The translations under genes were made by a program, and so were the position numbers. The notes under the pieces are model-generated. The model was not told the origin of the DNA and ran no database searches. It saw nothing but the letters and a program-made list of their open reading frames with translations. Below are positions 9,701 through 19,600 of a stretch of DNA of 64,000 nucleotides, piece by piece. This stretch comes from Armatimonadota bacterium (GTDB lineage Bacteria > Armatimonadota > HRBIN16), in assembly GCA_963677485.1 (NCBI GenBank), contig OY781964.1, forward strand, positions 3,904,001 through 3,968,000. The letters are read 5' to 3'. How positions within the stretch are numbered: position 1 is the stretch's first letter; the number at the start of each line of letters is the position of its first letter.

Positions 9701-12700
9701 ATGTTTGGCGTAAAATGGACCAATCGCGTGCTAATCGGGGCAGCGATTGCCCTGTTTGGGGCGACGTTACCTGCAATTGCTGAGGTGCGTACCGATGATG
9801 TTAGTCCTACCACGGTTAGAGTAGCCGTTGCTGATGGGGGGAGTAACCCCTGGCCGATTCTGGATTCTAGTTCGATGCTTCCGTTAGGCTGGGACTTAGT
9901 CAATCCGTTCGCAACAGGTATAGATAAAAACAGTCCGGGTTACTGGCAGATGCCGATCATGGCCGGATCAGAGGTCTGGCGTGAGTATGATGTCGTCATC
10001 GTCGGCGGCGTGATGATGCAGAACCCCGTGCTGGCGAACTCGATGATGCGTGGCGTGGATGCAGGCTTGATCCTTTGGGTCAGAACTCCTGGCTTTAAAG
10101 TGGTGCCCAGTGGTGAGGGTGCGATAGTATATGCTCCTACCACGGACAACCCGTTTGTGCTCTCAAGGATCGCAATGCAAGTATTGCGAGTCGCAGGCAC
10201 ACACAAGCTCAGAGGTCGTCATACCAACGGAACCTGGCAGTCAGTCAACGCCCCATTGCTTGAGCAGTGGGGCAGCACAGATATCAAGGGAGTCAGGGCC
10301 AGTAGTGCGGCCGATTCCGGGTATATCCGTCCTGCGATTTATGATGGCGTGATGTATGTGGTGGGTTTTTACCACAGCAAAATCTCATTACTCGCACTCG
10401 ACATGGAACCCGGACGCGATTTGAACGGCGATGGAAATCCAGACGATGGAATTCTTGACTATGGTGTAAGTGGTAAAGAGGACCTGATCTGGGCTCAACC
10501 GCTTGACACAGATAGCCCGACTTCGGAGCCTGTTGTCTTTCCGGCTGGCGATGAGACACGTGTCGCATTGACATTAAATGATGGCACGACGGTTTTATAT
10601 CGGGCGATCATGCCCGGACGTGGTGCTGTCATGATGCTCCCACAGCTTGGTAAGCAAAAGCCGACTACTGCTGTGGATTTCCCAACGGACACCATTGTGC
10701 CTGCGCCTGTCTATATGGGGCAGTTTCTAGCAGCAGCGTCTGCGGTAGATGGCAGCGGAGTGGGCAAAATATCCCTCTATGATTTAAGCCTGCTTACACC
10801 ATACCCTGACGCCAACAACCAATATGAGATAGTTTTGACTGCACCCATCAACGGACTGATGACCTGTGGCTGGGTTGACATTGAAGGCAGCACAATGCCC
10901 CTGGGCTCAGACCTCATGCTGTATGTCCCTCAGAAGGCTGCGAACGGTGCCGCGGTTATTAGCTCTATATGGCTTGGTTCTATGAATGAACAACCAACAA
11001 GCGATGATCTGGTTCGAGACCGGTATGAGACGCGGGCCCACCATGCAGGCATGAAACTCAAGACAGATTCAGTTAAGGTCTACAAGAATTTCGCCCCTGT
11101 TAGTTTTACGGAAAACAATGGTGTGATCACTCTAACGGCGCCCCTCGCAACGACTGATATTCTGACAGTAGACTACACCATTGACATGAAGCTATCGGGA
11201 AAGGCACCCAAACGCACCGATATAGAGATTGCTGATGTCGTGTCTTCACCTACACAGCGTGTGTTGGGTGTGCCCGTGCTTGATGCTCACGATACCCTTG
11301 TGTTTAGTTCGGCCGAACCCGGCACCGCTGGGAGCAGCGTATCAACACTGAGTGGCGGATCAATCTATGGGTATGAAGAACAACTTGGGGCTGGACGAAG
11401 TCGACTGAAGTGGCGCTGGGATGCTGTGAGTGCGGCTTATACCGAAATGGTCAATGGGTCATCATCAGCATCACAGGACTTTCGGCCTGTTGTCACTGAC
11501 TGGATGGTCCCGTCCCACCCAACAGGTAAAGTGACCAACTTTAGGATTACAAGCCCAATGGCCGTCCAAGGCGATACTGCCTATGTGTGCGGCAGTGCCA
11601 CAGCACAGTTCATGGGCGCCAGTATGTCAGGCACGCTATTGATGGCCTACGATGCCACACCAAGTGTGAACATTGACCTTGGCGAGACGGTTGAGGCTGG
11701 CACCACTGTGTCGGTCAAACAGGTGGATTTGGCACGTTCGACCAATGCGCTGCTTACCTATAAGCGGCTTGATATACGGGTCAACGCTCGCACAAACACG
11801 CTCAACCTGTCCAACTTGATGACACCTGCTAGCTCGGGTGCAATGCAAAACGCGATTAGTTTATCCCAACCGGTGATCATCAAACTGGGTGATAACAAGC
11901 TCGATTCTGCTCCGTTCATGCCAGATGGGTTCAACAATCTGCTTTGGATGGTATTCATCCCCGGGACGACGGTGACGCGTCAACCCGCTGTCAGCGGTGG
12001 AGTGGTCTACTTGAGTGCTGAGGTGAACGGGGTATCGACCGTGTTGGGCCTTGACTCTGAACCGCTCAGGTTCTACCCGGATCGACAGGGTAAAGATGTG
12101 CCGCTTATTGACCAGAACTCGCGCGGTACATTACTGATGCCGGCCATAGGCCCACTATCCCTGTATAAAGATGCTACGGAAGCCATAAACACCTTTATGC
12201 AGCGCGCCAGGATGGTGAGCACCGGTCGGTATAGCTCCTCATTTAGTCTCGCAGATACTTCGATCGGAGTCGTGGGAGAGAATGGGATCAAACTGCTCAA
12301 AACCCTACGAACCTTCGTGGCTGGTGGATCACGCTTAAGTCAATATGGACCCGAAGGTGATGTTTACTGGGACTGCGATGGCCCCAGGGCTAACCCATGG
12401 CTGCAAGACCTAAATCTGACTTTTGCACGAGCCTCAAAAGCGATCCCGTTCAATGTGCCCGGTGAGATGCTGGTGGTAGATACCGGCAATAACCGTGTGC
12501 TAGTGATGAACGAACGTGGGAATATGGGTGCGCTGTATTCGGCAGACGCAGGGCACATGATGCCCATCAATCCGATCAGCAGCTTTACGGATCCGAAGGG
12601 TCTGGAGGCGGGCGGCTCGCTGTCTCTCCGGCAGCCAGTAGATGCCGATTGGTATGTGAATTACATCACAGGTTCCGGCGGTTCCTCTGAGGCGGAGACC

Positions 12701-13537
12701 CACATACTGGTGTGTGATCAGGGCAACGGGCGACTGGTGGACCTTTCGCTGGTCAGGCCAACCGGTACCTTCCCCTTTACCACGCAACTTGAGTGGAGCA
12801 GCAGCTCCATGCGCGATGTGGCAGATGCTGCCAAGCTGCTGAACCGAGACGCAAGGCTGAATTACACACGTCTTGACGTGATGCGAAACCCGAACAATAC
12901 GCTAGCGGGTATAGCGGCGGTATTGAAGGGGATGGATAGCACCGCATCGGGTGCAGATGCTGAATCTGGTGGTTCAGAACGGGTCTATTTGATGCTGCGG
13001 TTTGGTAATAACAAGCCGGTGATGTTCGACCACTTCGTGCTGACGATGCCTGATAACTCTGAGGTCAATGTGCCTTTCAGCGAGATAAGCAGTCTACAGC
13101 TCATACCGCGCAGCATCACAGGCAATGTGATCAGCCACTACGGATTGTTATTAGGCATGAATGCCAGGCTCAGCCAGGATCCAAACCAGAGCTTCCGTAT
13201 CGGCATTCTGGTTCCTGATGATCCGGACAACCCGACCAAGCTGAAGTCGATGATGATGTTCTCGCAGGGTGACTATCTGCGGCTGCGTCAAAACACTGGT
13301 GCTCCGGCACAGTTCCCAACACTGTTGAAACCTGTGAGCGTGCGTATGCTCAGCAATGGCAATCTGTTGGTTGCGAACGGCAGTGTGGCATATGAAGGTG
13401 GAACCGGCAGCAACGGATATACCGGTCTGGTATTTGAAATTGACCCAGATAGCACGTCTGGTGGCGTGCCCGGGCCTAACATAGCCTGGTGGCTGCCCAC
13501 CATTCGCGATATCCCCGAATATGCCGACCGTTGGTAG
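9701..13537 (+). CDS. Large Sec-exported beta-propeller protein (PQQ-like and NHL-like repeats), putative pilus-tip component
   Basis: Signal peptide (..LPAIA|EV). Propeller-type motifs RPAIYDGVMYV, LIWAQPL, TSPMAVQGDTAYV, QPAVSGGVVY; NHL-like LVVDTGNNRVL, LVCDQGNGRL, NGNLLVANG; Ca loop DLNGDGNPDDG. AGGAGG RBS. Confidence 0.75.
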   Translation: MFGVKWTNRVLIGAAIALFGATLPAIAEVRTDDVSPTTVRVAVADGGSNPWPILDSSSMLPLGWDLVNPFATGIDKNSPGYWQMPIMAGSEVWREYDVVIVGGVMMQNPVLANSMMRGVDAGLILWVRTPGFKVVPSGEGAIVYAPTTDNPFVLSRIAMQVLRVAGTHKLRGRHTNGTWQSVNAPLLEQWGSTDIKGVRASSAADSGYIRPAIYDGVMYVVGFYHSKISLLALDMEPGRDLNGDGNPDDGILDYGVSGKEDLIWAQPLDTDSPTSEPVVFPAGDETRVALTLNDGTTVLYRAIMPGRGAVMMLPQLGKQKPTTAVDFPTDTIVPAPVYMGQFLAAASAVDGSGVGKISLYDLSLLTPYPDANNQYEIVLTAPINGLMTCGWVDIEGSTMPLGSDLMLYVPQKAANGAAVISSIWLGSMNEQPTSDDLVRDRYETRAHHAGMKLKTDSVKVYKNFAPVSFTENNGVITLTAPLATTDILTVDYTIDMKLSGKAPKRTDIEIADVVSSPTQRVLGVPVLDAHDTLVFSSAEPGTAGSSVSTLSGGSIYGYEEQLGAGRSRLKWRWDAVSAAYTEMVNGSSSASQDFRPVVTDWMVPSHPTGKVTNFRITSPMAVQGDTAYVCGSATAQFMGASMSGTLLMAYDATPSVNIDLGETVEAGTTVSVKQVDLARSTNALLTYKRLDIRVNARTNTLNLSNLMTPASSGAMQNAISLSQPVIIKLGDNKLDSAPFMPDGFNNLLWMVFIPGTTVTRQPAVSGGVVYLSAEVNGVSTVLGLDSEPLRFYPDRQGKDVPLIDQNSRGTLLMPAIGPLSLYKDATEAINTFMQRARMVSTGRYSSSFSLADTSIGVVGENGIKLLKTLRTFVAGGSRLSQYGPEGDVYWDCDGPRANPWLQDLNLTFARASKAIPFNVPGEMLVVDTGNNRVLVMNERGNMGALYSADAGHMMPINPISSFTDPKGLEAGGSLSLRQPVDADWYVNYITGSGGSSEAETHILVCDQGNGRLVDLSLVRPTGTFPFTTQLEWSSSSMRDVADAAKLLNRDARLNYTRLDVMRNPNNTLAGIAAVLKGMDSTASGADAESGGSERVYLMLRFGNNKPVMFDHFVLTMPDNSEVNVPFSEISSLQLIPRSITGNVISHYGLLLGMNARLSQDPNQSFRIGILVPDDPDNPTKLKSMMMFSQGDYLRLRQNTGAPAQFPTLLKPVSVRMLSNGNLLVANGSVAYEGGTGSNGYTGLVFEIDPDSTSGGVPGPNIAWWLPTIRDIPEYADRW

Positions 13538-13561
13538 AGGCAATCTGAGTAACAAGGCAAA

Positions 13562-13592
13562 TAAGGGCGGTCTAAGTATTAGAACGCCCTTA
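13562..13592 (+). other. Intergenic hairpin without U-tract inside the pilus cluster
   Basis: TAAGGGCG-g-TCTAA gta TTAGA-a-CGCCCTTA. Confidence 0.6.
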
Positions 13593-13614
13593 CGAATGTG
13601 ATGGTGATGGGAAG

Positions 13615-16600
13615 ATGGCAATGCTAAAATTCGGGAAAATCACGCTGGCCGCACTAATGGCTACCCTGCTCGTGAGTACAATCGCTACGGCACAGCAGTC
13701 TACAGACTGGCCAGTGTTCCGTAAAGATCAGGCCCGCACAGGTGCTGATAAGGTTCAAGACAACGGCCCTGGCAGAGCGAATTTGCGATGGAGCTGGCCA
13801 CGGTATTCGCAGTTGCCTCCACAGATTATTGCGGACGACAGCGAAGTTCAAAGCCCTTCATATGCTGGCAGCTTTGCCATCAAATCACTACCCAACTCAC
13901 TTGGCCAAGCCTACTACGGCAACCTTGATGGCAATACAGCGGGTGTGTCAGAGCTTCAGGACTCGGCAGCTATATCGCCGGATGGATACCATCCACCCAC
14001 AGCGGCGAGCTCTACAGTTTTCTACCATTATGCCCGTGTGGCCAAAGCTGGCGATAACAACTCGACGTCAAACGCCACTGTGATTGCGACATGGCAGAAT
14101 GCCACCACCACCCAAATCACCTCGCGAGCCGAACTACGCCGTCCTGCTCGTTACCGTATCTATGTCTGGTTCCCAAGCTCCGGTACGCGTCTGCAGGATA
14201 ACTCACTCACTCTTGATAGCACCTATAAGACTCCGTCGAACGCCACCAGAGCGATGTATGTCGTTGAGTATCCCATCTCGATCAACGGTAAGACGGGCAT
14301 CATCTCAAAGACCATCTATATGGATCAAACCAAAGGTGGACAGTGGATTCAGCTTCGTGAAGCGAACAGCTCCGGCGACAGTCTGGACAGCCTGTTCCCA
14401 TACGATGGTAAGACGCCCATCAAGGTGAGGCTATTCAACCTGACCGATAATGAAGCGGATATGACCAACAAGTGCATCATTGTTTATGATGCGGTGAAGT
14501 TCGTGCCCGATAACGGCAATGTTGTGGCTTCGCCGGTGGTCTCCAGCCTAGGTACAGGCGCTAACGCCCAGCAGAGAATCATCGTCACTCGAAACGAAAA
14601 TGTGCCCGATCTCAACGCTCCTTCAGTCACGGCGATTGATAGCGAAGGCACAGGTGCCTATTACACCGTGCCTGACCCGGCTCGCTCCATTACTGTGGGT
14701 GCTGTATACGGCCTCAACTACGATCCAGTTCAAGACGCAGTGAAGCAACTATGGCGTTACGAGGTCGGCCAAATCAGCCAGCCTCATGTGCTGGATGACA
14801 CCGGTGGAGCAGGAAGTATAGAGAACTTGAGCGGTGTGAACCCGGAACTCAACTTCCTGCTAAATTCCATCGACGGAGTACCCGTTTATAAAGGTGCCTG
14901 GCCGATCACCAGTGCTACGGCATCATGCTATGCAGCTTTCGCCAATCCATCCAGTGTGGATGCGGATATCGCCAAGTTTCGATGGTATCCATCATTGACC
15001 TCAGGAACAGCTACGCCGGTTCACATACGAGTGCATCTACCTGATGTCCCGGCGAGCGATGCGGTGACTGCTCAATATAGCTTGGTATACAGTGGTGGAA
15101 CGTTCCCGTTCACTATTAACCAGGTGGCTGACCCTGGGCAAAGCGGTGGACGATGGGTGGATGTGCCCGGAACCTTCAACATGAAGTCGGGCGACTATCT
15201 AGAACTCAAGGGCAATGCAACCGGCGGCTTTACTGAGAAGTCGATGGATAACCCAGCAGCCAGCCCTGGTTGGAGTGTGGTGACCGGCGGGTTCAACCCC
15301 GGTAACGGTAACTATTTACAGACCCCCTTAACAGGCTCAGTCGATCCCGCTTTGTGGGCGACGGCGGAATATTCGATCCCCAACATGCTGCCTGTCAACG
15401 GAGGAACCACAGCCAACTATCTAGTGGACGTGTTTGTTCCTTCCATGCCTTCTGGCAGCCAGCGTGGATACCAGGTTCAATATTTGGTTACTGCTGGTGG
15501 TGTGACTACCAAAGTGTATGTGAACCAAAATACTGACAAACCGGAAGGGGAATGGAAGACGCTGGGTATATTCCCAGTGGCCAACAATGGCACCATCAAG
15601 GTGGTCTGCACCAACTTCGACCCCAGTATTGCCGGTGGTACCAACGGCGACATAGTCGAGTTGGATGATTCCGTCACCGCCAGCACAGAGCGTGATGGCG
15701 TATGGGTGGCTCCGGCAACCCCAGAGCAAGGTGCTATCAACGGCACATACACTCAGAGTCCTGCGACTTTAGCGAATGATCCTACCACCGTAGGCAGCTT
15801 CATCTGGAAGCCTACTCTGAACCCGCAGTCTGGTTCCGTCGGGCGTTACACCTTGTATGTGCGTCTGCCGCAAGTCACCGGTGGTGTCAAGCGGGCCTCA
15901 TGGGTGGAATATACCATCAACACCGTGAACGGGCCTGAGAAGGTGCATGTGAATCAAGCGGGTAACTGCCTGGTGGGCGAGACCGCCACCACAGATGCGA
16001 CCTGGTTACGGCTGGGCACGTTTACTCTTAGTAAGACGGGCAACCCGATTGTCATGCTCACAAACTACACTGCTGATGCCGCTAGTGCAGGTTCCGTAGT
16101 CATAGCTGACGCTATCCGACTGGAGCAGGAAGCGGCTGTAGCGATCACTGATGTGGTACGTGCCAGAGAGCGTCGTGTTGTGGTGGCTGACGCCATTGAA
16201 TACTCCGCTCCTAACAGCACCGCTGGTGCAGTCACTGGAACCCCAGCCATCGGTAATGCTGATGTGAAGTTGAGTGATGGTACCATCGCTAACAAGCTGA
16301 TCGTCGTAGTTCCCACCTTGGGTGGCGAACTCTACGGATTGGATGCGACAGGCGATCCGCTGACGGGCAACACCCTGAGTTACTGGGTGGTGGATGCCAG
16401 CGTAGACAAGAGCAGTTCCGTTCAATACAGCTTTAGCTCTCCTGTGTTCGCCACCAAGGGGGCGGGTGGACAAACCATGGTGTTGGTCAACAACTTCTGG
16501 GGACGGACCATGGCCATCGACACCACCGGTAATGGCGACTATATGGAGGGCACTAACCGGAAGGGGACAACCAACCTTCTGTGGGCATATCCCAAGACTG

Positions 16601-19600
16601 ACGAACCAAGCCTTGGTGAACAGATTGTCAGCAGCCCTGCCGTGTCCGCTAACCGTGTTTTCATTACGACGCTTTACGGACGTGTTCATGCGATTGACCT
16701 GACCACTGGCGAGAAGATATGGCAATATCCTGAAACGCCAACCTGGGGTGGTATCAGCAGCACACCTGCCATATTTGAAGACAAAGTATTCTTCGGCACT
16801 GAGTCTGGCCACGTTGTCGCTTTGCCGGCGACCGGCACGGATGTGGCGGCTCCGGTATGGGAATATCCCTCTGCTACACAGACCGTCATTCCAGACAGCT
16901 TTGTGTTAAGCTCCCCCGCCGTCCTCGAGCTGCCAGATGGGTTGACCACCATACGCGGCAAGAGCAAAGTGCTTTACATCGGCGACCGAGCCGGTTACCT
17001 TTGGGCGATTGATGCCGTTGGTAATGGTGACGGCACGACGGAACTCGCTTGGTCGGATGCGACCAACAACCAATCTGCAAGCCGCAGGTGGAATGGCCAG
17101 ATACAGAGTTCACCAAGCTTTACCTATATCACGCGTATCTTGAACTCCTGGACAGTGGTCTTCGGAGTGATGGGTAATGGTGCTCTGTATGGCGTCAACG
17201 CGCTGAATGGAGGGGCCACCACCGCATCATCCTACGTTTGGGGATACGCCACCGAGGGCCAGAATGTATTCGCCAGTGCCGCCATTGCCAACTCATGGAT
17301 GTATATGGGCAGTGACGACGGCTTCCTGTATGCCTTCAACAACAAAGCTGGCTTTGTGAACGGGTATACACCTGGTGAGGATATGCCGGGTCAAGAGGTG
17401 ACGAACCCAGATGCTGATCCTAACTCCGACGCCTGTATCGACTGGAGCACCATGAAGGTGGAGTTCTTCAGTGAGAAGGAATACGAGGCCATCCGCCAGG
17501 GTCAGAATAAGCTGGGAAGCCCTAACCCCGACTTCCGGACACCAGAGTCGGTTGAGAACCTGAGACTGCGACGCCCTGGATTTGAATGGGGCGACCGTGT
17601 GTTTGCCGTGGTCTACGGACTTGATGTGACCTGCGTGAAGGACTACTCAAAACGCCCGCGCAGTGTGACTATCGGGATACGTGGAAATATCGAGAACTAC
17701 CAGATATCCACTACATTCATCCCATATGAGGATCCGAATGCAACTCCGGTTATCGATCCTGATACCGGTGAAGTGATCCCGAATGTGAAGCTGCGCGCTT
17801 ATGTGGCTTTCAACATCACACCTGACCGCAACACCTGGTGGACACCTGGTCAGAAGCTGGCTCTATTTGCCAAGCCGACCGACGGTGAGCTTCAGGTGGG
17901 TGTAGATCCCACAAAAGGCATCACTGAGTTCACAATCTACAATCCGATTGCACTGAACACCGGCAATGCCAGTATCGGCTGGTCAACTGATACTCCTACC
18001 GGCAGCACCATTCCAAGCACATGCGAATTTGCCCTCAACGGCAATGGCGTTGGCAGCCCGTTAAGTGGCGGCACAAGTGTCAAGCGTGTGGGTACGGTGG
18101 TTGCTAGCGCAGGCGGCGACTTCATCCGGCACGGAACCGGTGGAATGGCCACAGTGCGTGTCGCCAACCGAAGTAAGATGGGTCTGGTGGACAGTGCAGG
18201 TAATGTGTTCCCGGCTGGTCAGCCTCGTGCTTTGATCTCAGGATTGCGCGTCATTCCTGCTAAGCTGGCATATGGCTCGTCCACTCCGTTCAACTACCTG
18301 CCCAGTGAGATCAAGCCGACCGTGCCGAACCGTAGTCTGGAGTATCCTGACATCCCGGAGCGCTCAAGTATCTTCTTCCTGAACGGAAGCGATGTCACAT
18401 ACGGCACGCAGAGGGTAACCCTGCCGCCAGCGAAGGCAAACAGCACCTCCGATGTGATGCCAGGCGATACTCGCACCATGCTGGAGCTGCCCGGACGCCT
18501 TAATGTGTCCGTGCCGAAATATCAGCCAGCCAATGATGCCTACACCGGCATGTATACCGTGTATCTTGACTTGAACTCGAATGGACGGCTTGATACCAGC
18601 AGCTCATCGGACTACTGGACCAATCCCGTGCCCAGTACCAAGGACGAAACATACCGTATATTCACAGCAACCGCCAAGGTTCCTATGGATCCCAAGATCG
18701 ATGTAGTTGACAAGAACGTCTTCCTGGGAACAGTGGCCCATGGCTTTGGTGAACAGATGGGTAACACGCTGCCCAACTTTACATCCGGTGGTGATTCTCG
18801 CAGTGCTACATGGAAGCCAATCGCGATGCGCAATACCGGCAACGTCAACCTGATCGGAATTCGGTTCCTCGGGCTTCCCCCATTGGCTACAGGCATCAAC
18901 GTCTGGAACAGCGGGCAGGTCAACCCCTCCTTTGGGTTGTATTACAGTCCGACTACCTGGATGCAGATATCTAGCACTCTGGATCGTGCATGGGATTCGG
19001 TGTTGCCTGATCGCAACGCCCTGAAACCACGGCCTGGCGGCTCGCCAACCTTCATGACTATCAATAGTCAGCCACCAAGGATTGGAGCCCGCATACCGGT
19101 CGGTACACCGCAAGGAACCTATACCGGTTTCCTCACGGTGAAAGACGACCAGGGATTAGTACCTGTGTCGGTTGGTCCGAACGACCAAAATGAGCCATAC
19201 GGCACCAATGTGCTCAAGGCGAATGTGACTGTGGTGGAAGCGCGCATGACCAACGACCGCCCAGAAGGCACTCTGTGGCAACTGCAGAGCTCCAAACAGG
19301 GAGGCGATCTGCCTGCCAATCTGCTGCCTTCAGCGATCATCGACAACACCACGCTGAATGTGGCATGGACCAGTAACAGAGGCAATCCTTTGATCCCGTC
19401 TTGGAAGCTCTTTTTCGGCCAGATGGGTAGGGATGCGACGACTGGACAGTGGCTTCCTAATACATCCGACCAATGGTTCAAAGTGAATCCGTTGGCTACC
19501 GCAGGCTTTCCTGACGATCCTACAGGCGACCTGTTTAAGCAAAGCGGCGATTCAGGTGATACTGTTCTGGCTGACAGTGGTCAGCATAGTGGGCCAGTGT

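Noticed and set aside
16006-16812. 268-aa antisense ORF inside the giant propeller gene (and similar antisense ORFs in gltB, gltD, htrA and the MacB permease gene)
   Set aside because: Fully overlaps well-supported genes and has no motifs; expected shadow ORFs from codon bias.
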